64,000 nt of DNA. Origin: Callorhinchus milii. Taxonomy: Eukaryota. The stretch is from assembly GCF_018977255.1 (NCBI RefSeq), contig NW_024704761.1, positions 1,674,001 through 1,738,000 of the forward strand, in the 5' to 3' direction. The notes beneath the pieces are model-generated. The model was given only the letters and a program-made list of their open reading frames with translations, was not told the DNA's origin and made no database searches. The position numbers and the translations under genes are program-made. How positions within the stretch are numbered: position 1 is the stretch's first letter; every line of letters begins with the position of its first letter. Below are positions 27,101 to 41,479 of the stretch, in pieces.

Positions 27101-30100
27101 CCTCAACTGACTCCCTCCATTCCTAACACAGCAATGTCAGGGCGTAGTGATGAAATTTCAGTGTTAAGTTCGATGTCAGTTTCTTCAGAGAAACTTTGGA
27201 GAAAAACAGATTCAAAATGAAAGGCTATGTGAGGATTTGCTGGTTTCTGGACACTGGGAAATGCCACGATTACAGAGAGGATCTAGACCCAGGGGGGCAA
27301 GGAGGGTAGGAGGGTGGCCAAAGGCGCGGTCGAAGAGGAGGGTCTTGAGATGTGCCTGGGAGGAGGCGAGCAAAGGAGCGAGGCGAAGGGACTGTGGATA
27401 CAGTTGTACGTGCAGTGTTAGGCCGTGCTCTCGGTACCTACCTCTTTGAGCGTGTGATGTTGGGCCATCAGTGCGGTTACCATTTCGGGCAGGGCAATGG
27501 GAATGGTCTTGAGGCGTTTGGCGAAGGCGGCCAGCAGTTGCCTGGATTTATCTGCCCACTCAGGCCGGCCGGCGATGGTCGAGAGCCGCAGCAGGTTGGA
27601 GGCAGACACCGAGTTGGCGCTGGGCTCAGAGCCGTCCTGATCTGTCGTAAAAACATAAGAGGGAATCAGAACGTGTCATTCTGTCATTCTCCCGCCATCA
27701 CTGAGCTGTCCATATTTAAATCCATATGGAGTCCTGTAGCTCAGTGGTCAGAGCACTCCCTCACAAAGCCGGAGGACCTGGGTTCGATTCCCGGGCTGGA
27801 CAAAACATCAAGGAAGTTCCCTTACTCCACACGCCTCTGTTCACCGAGCAGTCAGCAGGAACCCACTCGTTAGTCGATTGCAGAGATTTCTCAAAAATGC
27901 GGGAGGTGGGCCTGACATATTTATGAGTATTCAATGAAATGGGAGTCCAGCTGTGGGTTCTTCACACTGAGCCAGAAGCGATGGCGCTGCAAGTCTTCAG
28001 TCTTCACACCGGGCCTCCGAGTGTGAATGGTGCAGAGGCCAGAGCGGCTTCTGATGCAGCCACGTGTGGTGTCTGAGCAAAACTCCTTTCAGTCAAAACA
28101 TTTGTGAAGTCCTGGCAAACAGAACAATTGAACAACGTGAAAGCTACGAGGCTGAACTTCAATATCACAGCCCACAGGTCAGAGGCTCTCACAGCGACAG
28201 TCAAAGGAGATATCCATGAAAGAGGGACAAAGCCGAGAGGGCAACAAAGCAGCCATGAAAACAGATGACACAGGGTGGTGGGGGCAGCGTCTACGGTGTA
28301 GGCGAGAGAGCCGCAGCTTTACTGACCAGGAACGCGTGGGTGCGAATCCCGACCTGTGTTGTTTGCTGATCTCAGGGGAGCTGCGGGGAGACACTAAATT
28401 GTCCCTGGCCTTGCCAGGGTTAGGGAGGGGGGAAGTGGACAAGGAAACTCCGGCAACTCGCCCCTCGTCAGCATTCATTGTGTATTCATTGTATCCACGA
28501 CTGTTTGTGGGGACACTGCTGTGCGCAATTGGCTGCCGTGTTTCGCCCACAAAATACACAGTCACTCCACTTTACGGTATATCCTGTGAAGCGCTTTGAG
28601 ACGTCTCGAAGACGCGATGAGGCGCTGTATCAAAAAAACGCAAGGATTCTTGTTATTATTGAAGCAGGAAAGCCCCATTTCCTGCGAGTCTTTAATTGTT
28701 CCGTCAAAATTCCATCAGGAATGTTTGATGAGCTGCGAAGAACAGCTGAATGAGAGAGAAGTTCAAACACAGTACATTCTCCTGAAGCCTGGCATCCTTT
28801 TTGCTGCCTCTTTGACAGCCAAAAGGGAGAATGGATTGCTCTTGTGTGCGCTCACAATGCATGTAATTCAGGGGCTGGAGAATGACAAACAGCAGAGTCA
28901 AAAGGAACTGTGTCACCAATGCAGGCCATGACGGATGTGAGGAGCAATTCTCTCGTGCAATTGACTGATTTCTCTTTAATGTCACGGGCAACAAGGAACA
29001 AAAACCGGTTGTTATTAATCTTATCTAGTGGCGATGTCTCAGGGCAAGTAGGTAATGAGCCTCAGAATGAATGTACTTGACCAGCACTGTAGATTAATGC
29101 TTTATATTTCTGTTGCTGGCTGGTGTTGATCAGAAGGTAATTTCTACAGACCAGAATTGCCCTCTGTTGTAATAATAATCCTTACATTTGATAAGAGTGC
29201 CTTTCATGTCAGAAGGACATCACCACGCGCTCCACAAGATACGCTGTAAAGTGGGCTGCGAAGATACAGTGTAAAGTGTGTTTTGTGAATGTTTTGTGCT
29301 AATAGTTTCCTCAACTTCCAAACCCAAGCAATTGTTTCCTCTCCAGAATCCTGTATAAAGGCTGGTAATGTGAGCCAGACACTGCAGGCTTCCTGGCACA
29401 TGAATAACCGCCTACACTTCATATAAAGCGCCTTTCACGGAGGATGAATGTCTCAAAGCACTTCGCAAAATGAGAATCATTAGAAAAGAAGTGAGATGTT
29501 AGGCTGGCAGGTAATTTGTACCAGTAACATCTCAAAGAGCTGGAGGTGAACAGCCAATGAATTTGATTTTTAAGGGTGAATTTGGACGAGGAAGAGATAC
29601 AAGTGGGATAATTCGACAACAACAACTTGCATTTATACGGTGCCCTACACACAGGTTAGCGTCTTCGAGCGCTTTACAAGGCGGGATAATTCAGAGAAAC
29701 TCCCCGTTTTTCTATGAAGTAACAGCAGGGAATTCCTTAAGGTTTACCTCAATGACAAGGCAAACAAGGTTGGATGAAAAATAAAATGATGGAAACATAA
29801 GCGCATTAAATATACTGTCTTATAACAATAATTCTTGCATTTGATGTGACGCCTTATCGTGTTGTTGAGAAGTCTCAAAGCGCTTCACAGAGTATGCTGT
29901 AAAGTGGGTTGGCGGCAGCCAATTTCGCACAGCAGCGTCCCACAAACAGCTGTTGAGTGAGGGAATTATTACCCCCGATGTAATCGTAACCTGAATGGGA
30001 AATAACAGCCAGCAAAAAATGTGAACCTCGGCGTAGGGTTCAGTGCACAAAATACACAGCAACAATGCATACAGAGCTTTTTTTTTTACGTGAAAATAAA

Positions 30101-33100
30101 CGTCTCAAAGCACTTTACAAGCTCAGAAATGGACGTAAAAGCTGTTTTACAGACAGACACAGCAGATAATGTTCAACAGCAACATCCCATAAACAGCAGT
30201 GAGATGAATGGCCGATTGATTTGAATTTAGGGGAGAATGTGGATGTGGAGGGGAATATAAACCAAGAGAAAGCCTCCGTGTTTCACAATGTTATAAAGAA
30301 CTGCTTGCAAACCGCCCAGGCATCTTCTAGGATAAATAGCACAAACTGCAGGAATCAATGAGTGCACTTTGCAATCAATATTTCACCTTGCTTCCAAACT
30401 CAATTTCTTCTGGGCTTCAACCTGCTCTAACAGAAGGCTCCAGTTGCCTGGAATAATTATTAAGTCTTTCAGGACAAACTTTTTTCAGGTTTTCACGTTT
30501 TCAGCAGCATAAACCTAACCCACAGTCAACAAATTTACTTTACAGTGTATCCTGTGAAGCGCTTCGAGACGTCTCGAAGACGTTATAAGACGGTGTATCA
30601 AATGCAAGGATTATTACATTATTATTCATTCTGGCTCATGCAACCAGCTCAGGCTAAATGACAAGGTTCTTTTCAAACTAGTTGTGAATATTTTATCTAC
30701 TCTGTTCCATGTTCCTCCATTCAGTGATCACCCAGCACTGAGGACAGGCAGGGGAAATGCTAATGGCTGTCAATGCCAATTAATCCCGAAGTTTGTCGGA
30801 GAAAACCCAGTCTCTGTAGATTCCTATAGAAAGCTGAGAGTGTGGCAGTGGCAGTCCAGGTCCTGGTGGGGATTAGCTCACGGCACAAACTGCAGCTTTA
30901 GAAATTCACAGCGCATCTTGTGAAAGCACAAACAGCTTGTGGCTTTTTCATCTTTAAATTCATCCCCAGCCACCTCACCACCTGTAGCCCAGCAGGATGG
31001 ATACTGTAACAGAGGATTAATGGGACTCGAGAGGTGCCCAGCACAGCCTGAGAAAGTACTAAAGTGTTCAAGGAATATCGATGGCTTAATTTAATGTGAA
31101 TTTCTTAATACCCACCTTCTTTGAGGCGAATCAGCACCGAGGGATCACTGGTGTCGTTGGTAAAGTAGGCAAAGCCCTCGCAATCCCAGAACAAATGGTC
31201 CTGTGCCTCCTGTAACTGCACGGCCCACTCCAGCCACTGCTGGTCGAAGGAGGCCTCGTACAGGTCAATCAGACTCCGAATAACAAAGGCGTAGTCATCC
31301 AGGAAGCCAGGGATGGGCGAACTTCTGTAAAACACACACACAATAAACACATGTTACTGGCTGTTCCATGTTACTGGTCTTGACGACTGGTGTGTTTAGA
31401 GGGATACCCTTGTATCTTCCTCCCCACGCTGTTGCTTTAAACAGATCAGGTACAGCCCAAGATTCCCTTCCCTACAGACAAGTCCTCCATTCCACCCCAT
31501 CTTACCCATTGGATGAAATCAGGAACTCACTTTGCACTGACTCAGCAGCAAACGTACAGCAGAACGCAGCATTCTGTCGGGACCAGTGAAATACAAACTC
31601 AATAACAAATATCCAACCATTAACCCAAATTCAGATGAATTATCCGCTTATCTCTGTTGTCTTCTACAGACGTCGCTGAAGATCATCAAGTTCATTTCTG
31701 ATTAATTAAACCTTGCAATATTGAATTTTTTACATGTGACGTTATATATATATATATATATATAAGTTGTTGTTGTATAAATGCAATCCATCTATCTCTC
31801 TGAAAAATAACATGTGCAATTAATTGTCCAGTGTCGGAAATGTTCTAAGTTACAGTGTGTAGCAGCACATCTCCTCTGGCTATCACACTACTTTAATGCC
31901 AGGCTGCAATTTCCTGACTGAATTAAACCCAGTGTGAAAAATTAACCACAAAGATCAAAACACTAATGAATCCTATTATTAGGGAGCCAGAGTTGAGTAC
32001 AATAAAGCACGTGGACCTTTTCTACATTTCTGTCACGCCTAAAGTAAGTCTTTGTGTATTCATGCCGTTCGGCTATTTAGTGTATCAACAGCTATTCTTA
32101 TCCCATACACAGAAATTGGATTTACATCGTCAAGTCGATTCTTTCCAGGACAGACAGCAGTCCAGACCCATCAGAAGCAGCCTGCACCAGCCAGCCCGAC
32201 CCAGTCGCCAGCACGCTCACTTCTGCGTTAGGTTATAATAATAATCCTTGCAATTGATTATAGCGCCTTAACATGTCTTCGAGACGTCTCAAAGCGCTTC
32301 ACAGGATGTACTGTAGAACTGAATTGACTGTGTATTTTGTGGGCGAAACGTGTACTAAACCGAAGCCAGGTAATGTTCAACATAAACAGCATCTTTGACG
32401 AGCTGTGTGATAGCAATAACCTTGAATCGGAAACAATTGGTTTCACCTCATTTCCACTGGCGAACACTTGGGAGAATGCCCCCCGACAAGTACAAATTAA
32501 CTCGCCCTGGATTTCATCTCCAGGTTCATTGAAGGGTTGCTGACTAAAACCTACATGAAAGGAAGTTTCAGCGTTGGAATTCAGCAGGTTTCGTGCTTCA
32601 TAATTTGAAATCCCGACCGATATTTTCACGTCAAGTAAATCTCAGAAATCCCTGCTGTCAAGTCATTGGTTTTATTTATTGGGTTCAATTGAGTCACCGG
32701 TTATTTCCCCGGGAATCTTCACCCAGGTGATCTCTGATAAAGCACATGACTGGAATGAACTTGGCGCCAACGTTTCTGAATGCTTGTTGGCTAGCTGCCT
32801 GCTGGAGCCGTCTGCTCCCGTAGCAAATCTACTGCGTTACCTTTACAATGAGAATGTTGCGGGTTGGTTCAACTCATCGGGCTGAGTATTTAATAAAAAT
32901 CCTTAATAATCCCTGCATTTGATATAGCGCCTTATCACATTGCTGAGACGTCTCAAAGGGCTTCACAGTACAGACTGTAAAGTGGAGTGACTGTACATTT
33001 GTGGGTGAAACACTATACACTATGGAGTCCTGTAGCTCAGTGGTTGAGCACTCGCTTTGCATGCGAGAGACCTGAGTTCAATTCCAGGCAGAGGGCGAAA

Positions 33101-36100
33101 CCTTGGGCAAGTTTCCTTACTCCACACAGAGCCTAATAATAATCCCTCCAAAACCAAAAACAATAATAAATTGGTCATTTTCAACCCACGACTGTTTGTG
33201 GGACATTGCTGTGCGCAATTGGCTGCCGCGTTCGCCCACAAATATACAGTCAATTCACTTTACAGTGTGTTCTGTGAAGCGCTTTGGGACGTCCTCCTGA
33301 CGTGAAAAGCGCTATATCAAATGCAAGGATTATTATTATTATTATTATTATTATTATACACCGGTTTGCGGGACGCTGCTGTGCGCAATTGGCTGCCGTG
33401 TTTCGCCCACAAAACACACAGTCAATTCACTTTGCAGGATAATCTGTGAAGCGCTTTAAGGGCTGCAAATGAAGTCTGGCCGAGGTTTCCGCCCTGATCT
33501 GAGAATTCAGGCTTGGAAATAACAATTAGCAGAAAGAACAAAGTTGTGTTCTCAAAATGAAAAGATAATTACATCCAAATCACCCTTCAAATCCTCCCTA
33601 AACCCCAGGATATGTGCCAAGCCTGGCATTATTTGTCCGTCTTTAAAACTATCTGAGCTGACGTGCCTTCTGGGACAGAGGGTTCCTTAAAGAAACAATG
33701 CAGGCGAGGAAGTGTCAGGAAGGGGAAACATCATGGGATGAAGGGATTAAGAGACTTGCTGAACGGCCTGGCAAACCTCTCTGCGTGTCCAGATAAGTTC
33801 AATCAAGATGATTGACAAGATAGGCAGCCGAGGAACTCAGAGGGACACACAGTAATGTCCAGAGAAAAAAAGCTGTGTAATGACACCGTTCACAGTGTCC
33901 GCAACTAATTAACTGCTTGCTGTGTTTCATGGTTAGCTTTGGTCGTAGGTAGAAACTGAGGACAACAACTTGTATTTGTACGGCGCCCTTCACATGGAGT
34001 AGCGTCCCAGAGTGGCGGAGTCTGACAAGGACAAGAGACAAGAGTTTCTCTGGGTGTCCTGGCCAACAATCCCCGAGATAAAATCAGCCATTCACTTCAT
34101 GGCTGCTTGCGGGACCTCGCTGTGCGCAAATTGGCTGCTGCTTTTGCGAAAACAGTTACTATACTTTACAGTAAATCCTGTGAAGCTCTTTGAGACGTCC
34201 TCCTCACCCGAACGGTGCGAAATCAAATGCAATCATTATTATTATTATTGAGTTATGATGATTTCTGTGATCTGGAAACATTTCTGTGTTAAAATGGGAT
34301 AAACATCTGAAGAACTCCATCTCTCTGACTCACTCCTTCCGTCCCCACTTTCAAAGACTCTCACCATTATCAGTCCTCTTCCCCACCGCTCTTCAGCTCT
34401 CACCCCACATCCCCCCACTCAGTCTCAGGTACCCAACCAGTTGTGTAAAGCGTCTTGAGACGTCCTCCGGACACGTGAGATGCTAATATAAATGTAAATT
34501 GTATAACAGATGCGTTTCGGCTCAATTAGCGGAATGCGCTCCTTCTGAGCTGTAAATTGCAGGAGATGATGGAATAGAATCTCTCGTCAAGTGGATTTTG
34601 GATCGTGCGTAATGCAGATAATAAAAACTTCCCCTCGTCTTAATAAGCAATAGGAACATTAATATGTCATGTTCCGTCCACAAAATATACAGTTAATTCA
34701 CTTTACAGTATATTTTGTGAAGCCCTTCGAGACATCTCAAAGATGTGATAAGGCGCTGTATCAAATGCAAGGATTATTATTATAGAATAAAATATTAGTA
34801 TCCTGTGTTTGGTAGTTTTAATAAAGATTAAACCAAACGAACACAGGAAAGGACTGTTCTCTCGACTTTCTCACAGTGCTGATACTATTTAATTCCAGGA
34901 TAATTAGGTAATTATCATTTCGTCCACAAATATACAGTCAATTTATTTTACAGTATATTCTGTGAAGCGCTTGGAGACGTCTCGAAGACATGAAAAGCGC
35001 TATATCAAATGGATGGATTATTACTTTTATTACTATTATTATATTATAATTAGAGGAATATGCACACTTCACAAGAAAATGGAAATAAGCCCTAGATACC
35101 AGTAAAAGATCAATTCATCAAAAAATCTAAGCTCTTCTGTAACTTAAAAACAGTTCCCAATCCCTCTCCAACTTTCTCTCCTCCTCAATCAAGGCACTGG
35201 TTCAGCCTGGGATCAATGCAGGTCCCTCAACAGATAGATCAGCTAAATGGGCTATAGTTCTGCATCGGCTCACCAGGAGTTACTGGCTACAGAATGCGGG
35301 GCCATGCTGTACAGTCCAACAAAGCTCAGTGGAGATGTCTGCTCATTGCAGCAAAACACACCGTGTGTCAGTGATTGACCGAGTCGATCAGGTTAACGAC
35401 TCAAACAATTTTATGAGCATTTTCACTCGAACGCAGCCATAAATAAAATAAATTGGTCACTCAGTCCACGACTGTTTGTGGGACGCTGCTGTGCGCAATT
35501 GGCTGCCACGTTTCACCCACAAAATGTACAGTCACTACACTTTTAGGGTATATTCTGTGAAGCGCTTTGCGACATCTCGAAGATGTGATAAGGCGCTGTA
35601 TCAAGTGCAAGGATTAGGATTAGATTATTATAATAAAGCTGTACTCAGTCAATTGACCTGCGCTGACAGCATGAGCAACAACAGCATGTCCCCGGGAGGA
35701 TGTCACAAGGCGCTGGACAGTCAGGGATTTGGACCCAAGCTGGGGGTTGGGATCAGGAGAGGTGGAGGGTAGTGAGAGTGGGGGTAGGAGGGTGCGGTCG
35801 AAAGGGAGGGTCTTGAGTCGGGCCTTGAAGGAGGGGAGGGAGGAAGGGAGGGAGGCGGAGGGACTGTGGAGGGACTCACATCTGCTCCACCATCCTCTCG
35901 TCTCCGCGGTAGCAGCTGTGCAGGAGCCTTTTACTCGACGAATCGAACAAGTGTGTCCTCAGGAAGGTAGCGGCCCGCTCCGCCCGCTGAACATAGCTCT
36001 TATCCTGGAGCACGGCACCAGCGCGAGCAAAGCCAGAAATCATTAGACCTGCAACAGGAAAGCAGATATAAAGGGCATGGGTATCACACACAGTTTCTGG

Positions 36101-39100
36101 TTATTAATAACAACACTTGCGTTCGACATAGCACCTTGTCGAAACGTCTCAAAGCGCTTCACAGGATACACTTTAACGCGGATTGACTAGGTATTTTGTG
36201 GGCAAAACAAGACCAACGCTTGCAACTAAACAGACAAAACCTCCAGTAAAACTGTCCAAAAGGATAAATCACAGAAACAAAAAGCAAGAACAATAAAGTC
36301 CTTCAAGAAATATTGACCTCCTCTTCTCACTGTGATATGTTTTAGTGTTGGAGTTTGCCTTTGGATTTCATTGTGTTTGCAACTTGTTGAAAATAATTTA
36401 TCTGAACACACACCATCCTCACCTCGTTTATTTATGGCTGTGTTCAAGATGGTAAAACATGGAAACAAATGATCTCTCTCGTACACAATACAATCATAAT
36501 TATCCTTGCATTTCATATCAACGATCAGGTCATTGAGACATGACCATTATTATCTCATCATTGAAACGTCTCAAAGTGCTTCACAGGATTTTACTCTTGT
36601 TACTGTTAAGTGACAGCTCCCTGGAAGTGAATACAATACAAGGTTACATTTGTACGGCGACTTTCACGTCGGGAGGACATCCCAAGGCGCTGGACAGAGC
36701 ATATAAATGCAACTTTTCTCTCCTTCAGAGCACGTCCAACTCCTTCCCCTCCCTGGGGGGGCTTGTGCAATAGAATTCACCCCAATCTCCAGCAATCATC
36801 TCTCTCAGCAGTGAGCTTCAATAGGAAGCCGTGCACTAAATAGAGTTTCACAGCATCGCGCAGCTCAGGCCTGAGAGAGCTGGGGATTGACGGCTTTCTG
36901 TGAACGGTGTTAAGTACTCTGATGACGGGCGCAGTGGGGGGTCCCAATCAGTGTTTGGCAATCCCAACGCTGTGCTGGCAATTCAATTTGCAACACCTTA
37001 GCAATCGTTAGTGAGGCGTTTGTTTGATGGTGAGGTGAAATGCTCCAGGATCCAACACGGTTCCTTTTTATACGGGTTCTTGTGAAAGTGTGAGTTCTGC
37101 GAAATGCCATGATTTCTGTTCACTGCATTGATTTCCTTAGAAACTTAACCTCTTCTGCTTTCAATAGTTAACAAAAAGTGCTGTTGCCCGTTCCTAACCC
37201 CGGTCTGATCTGGCATTCAGAAGTTACCCTTGCCTTGTTTTCTGCCGCAAAGCTGTAATAAAAGGTTCAATTCCTACTTTGTTTCGAGTTAACTATACTC
37301 AGTCTGGGATGGAGGGTGAAATGGTAAGGAGTGGAGGAAGTTACTTTTGAGACTTTTTTCCTGGGCTGGATCCATCAATCATAATAATTTGGTGCACAAT
37401 TTGTCAGCGAGGAAGTAACAGGCCAACACCTCAAGTAAGTGACCTTGAAATTCTCTTCTTTGCCGGGTACTGTGACGTGGGAGCTGAGTTTAATGTTGCC
37501 GGTCCCTACTGTTACATGACTAGCCTTTCTCTGGAAGATTCATGAGGCAAGCTGTAAAATCTCAATGTTATCAAATTTGGACAGTGTGTAAAGTGAGCTG
37601 AAAATACACCCTAATCTGCTGCTCAGATCAGCTGGTTCAGAGAGGACAGATAGGATGGCTCATTCACATCACACATACACACTGTAACAGAGACTCCATG
37701 ATGAGAAGGATGGCTCCTTTATGGAACCAGAATAATCCCTTTACCTTTAGACCCTCAATTGTAGTAAATAAGGTTAAAAGTTCTACACTGGCACCTTGCC
37801 CATTGCTAGGCATATTCAGTAGATAATTAGAGGTTAAGTTCTAGATCTGCACAATGTCAATCCGAGTCTGCAAAGAGAAATGTAAATGACAGTAATTTGG
37901 CCACTAACGTGCACTGCAAACTTGCTCTCTCAGACAGCACTAAGCTTCAAAGATTGCCAATCATCAGCCAGGCTGCCAAGTGGAATGTTGATCAAAGGCT
38001 ATTATGTGCCCCACTGTAGAGTTTTGCCAAATTGACACACGCAGAGGCTCAATCAAGTCTATCGTATTACAATTCCAGCTAACAAGCCAGCGATAAATGA
38101 TTATCTATAATTATTACATTTGTGGAATTGGCTGCCACGTTACTCCCACAAAATACGGTCAATTCACTTTACAGCATATTCTGTGAAGCGCTTTGAGACG
38201 TTTCAACGACGTGATAAGGCGCTATATCAAATGCAAGGATTATTATTAATATTATTACCTATCATCCACCTAGTGAGGCTCAAACCCACGCTTGGTGGAT
38301 GTCGAACGACCAACTAGTGACTATCTTTCTTGGGGTGCGGGGGGAGGGGGAGGTCTCCTGAGAGCTGAAGTGGCTCCAAGGTGACGTGTTTGGGCAACAG
38401 AATGTTGGAATGAAGCCAGCCCTCTGGGGGGGTCTCGGTAATCCGGTTCTTGAGCCAGGTGGGTCCGGAGTACACTCCAGGGCACTGCTGATGACAGCAC
38501 AGCTCATCAGCAGGATTTGTCAGGACAGACAGCAACGTCCCACAAACAGCCACAAAGTGAATGACCAATTGTATCTGGGGGATTGCCAGACAGGGATACT
38601 GGGAGCTAAATGGCGTAACTAACGTAAGCATTGAGACAAATAACCATTTATTTCAAAGTGAGCTTGAAGGAGGGATGAACATCACCCATGACAGTGGAGC
38701 TGTCCCTGCTCTTCTTCACAATAAGTGCCTCGGGGCAGTTAGCACCTACCTGAACCTGCGATCACTTAATGTCTCATCCCACAGATTCTCCAACACACAT
38801 TCTCAGTAGGGTAGACTGGCAGCCCCAATGATCATCCATACATCAATTCAACACTGAATGTTTAAGTGTTCCTTGGCAATAGTAACATCTACCCAGCAGG
38901 GAAGTCACACCACCGTAACCCAATCAAGATGACAACAACCACACAAATGGTTTATGAATTGGACCTGAACCCCAGACATTAAGTTACATCTTGTGGGCAG
39001 CCATCATTTATAATACAGTGGGTAGATTCACAGAGCTGCAGTGCCTCAGCAGTGTGTATAGACTTGCATGTGCAGAAAGGGATTACAACAACAACAACAA

Positions 39101-41448
39101 ATTACATTCGTAAAGTGCCTTTCACGTCGGGAGGACGTCCCAATTGCACTCCTCTCATCAAGTCATTACTGCAGTTTTACAAGAAACTAATGTTGTCGAT
39201 TTTAGAATATGGTTCAAAGGTTCCTGACTGTTCGGCAGGAAAGATTTATTTGACAAATAGGGAAAAGTCCACAGATGGCCACCTCCTTGCAGGCTGTTCA
39301 TAGAGGAGAACTAAGCCAGAAAGGAGGTCATCCTCAAGTCTTGAGATAGGCCATAAGCGAGAAACAGAGGAGAGCAATTTTTTATTTGAAGTGTGAAAAT
39401 ATTTCCACAGGTGTCACAGTCATAGAAACAGAAGGAGGCCATTCAGCCCCTCGAGCCTGTTCCACCATTCTATAAGATCATGGCTGATCTGTAATCTCAA
39501 GTCCAATTACCTGCCGCCCTTGCCCTGTATCCCTTAAGACTCTGACCTAACAAATATCCTATGACATGACGCCACAATCATGCAGGGTACACAATACAAA
39601 ATACATTTCTTCTGTAGCATCATCTATGACATCTGCTGTGTATGATATAACCCCTGATCCCAGTGTGATCCCAGTACGATTGCCAGAGGAATTCAAATGT
39701 AAGCAATGCAAATCCGAGAGAGATTTGTTACAGATTGGGCTCCATGTCTCAGAAAGATAACACGAGTCACTGAAGGTTTACCACGATTTGGCAAATCCTT
39801 TCTCCGAAAGAGAATTCAACAAAGATAATTATTTCTCTTCTTGCAGCCATAATGAGCTTACCTTGCCAAGTGCTTTATCGCACCTTCTAGCTGTTAATTA
39901 CTCTAGCAGTTGAATAATTGGAAACAAGATGGGAGACAGAGACAAAGAGGTAAGCTTTTCCTGCACTGACAGAAGAGGCTTAGCTGTGGCTGAAAGGAAG
40001 GCAGCTTTCAATATTTGACAGCGATGACATGGGGATGGAAGAAGTTTCTCAACCAGACACAAAAGCTCACTACACTCTAAACTGTGGTCGAATCACCTTA
40101 CAAAATATATATAGCGCTCTTCACACGGGGTAGGGTCCCAGAGAGCTCGACAGTGGCGGAGTCTGACGCCGAGCTGTGGGGGGGGGGGGGGGGGGGGGAG
40201 TCGGTGGGGGCGATGACCATAGAAAAAAAAAAGACTTTGTGGACACACTGCAGAACTCAACTCCATCTCTCCAGCGTCCCCCTCCACTGGAGAGAGAGCT
40301 TCACAGCTCACCAGTCAAGCCCAGGGACCGAAATCAATCTCTGAGCGTGACTGAAGAGATGACTATTGCAACGTGAGCCACTCCTTTGAGCAGCTGCCAA
40401 CTTGTGCAAAAATTCAATTGATCCGACATGAATGGACTTGAACCCATTAATGTTCTGCAAAGCATCTAAATAATTCAACGGTGAACTACTCAAATTAGAA
40501 GAACGTGGGTGAGGCAGTCCAGTGTTGTTAGTCGATTAGCAGATTGCTTTTCCTTCAAAAAAATAATATTTTTGCACTCAATCCATGACTGTGTGTGGGA
40601 CGCTGCTGTGCGCAATTGGCTGCTGCGTTTCACCCACAAAAAACAATATACAGTCAATTCACATTTCAGTATATTGTGTGAAGCGCTTTGGGACGCCTCG
40701 AAGACGTGATAAGGTGCTATATCAAATGCGCCGATTATTATTATTATAATTATTATTAGTGCTGTCAGCGACATGACAGAGTTCCCTCACCGTTCCACGA
40801 TGCCAGCATCTTGCTATCCAGATGGGGCCGAGGCCGGTGTCTGCTGACCTCAAACAATTTGCTTCTACACTTGCCCAGGACATCTTCCAGCTTGCCCATC
40901 TCCAAGTCAAACTTGGCGGCCGTCAGGTCCAGTGAGTAACGGATAATGAGGACGTTCTGATTTTTTAGCTCTCCGTGAGGGTCCTACAGCACAAGCACAG
41001 AGAACACGCCAACAGTCAGAGAGTATACCCGTCTCCCTGACGGTAGTCAGTCTATGCCTGTAGTCCGGAATCTGTGTCATTTCTACTCAGCTATGAATGA
41101 GGTGCTTGGCGAGAGCATCTCAAGAGACACAACAACAACAACTTGCATTTATATAGCGCTCTTCGCACGGGGTAACATCCTGGAGCGCTTGACAGTGGCG
41201 GAGTCTGACACCGAGCCGGGGGGAGAGGGAGGCGGGGAGGTGACCGTGAGCACGATCAAGAAGGAAGGTCTTTAGGCGGGATTGGAAGTTTGGGGAGGGA
41301 GCCACTTGGGTCAATGGTAGTATTGGGGTGACTATGTCTCTGTGGAGCTTTGGACTGGGCCCTGTTATGTGCATTTGGTCCCGACTGGTGTCCAACCAAC
41401 TACCTGCCAACTTGTGCACATTACCGGGAAACTAGTGAGGTGTAAAAC

Positions 41449-41479
<31 letters not shown>

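Noticed and set aside
33024-33095. tRNA-Ala-like sequence with A and B boxes (also 19618, 23450, 24850, 27728, 46520)
   Set aside because: SINE heads: no proper acceptor stem, and they run straight into the SINE body.
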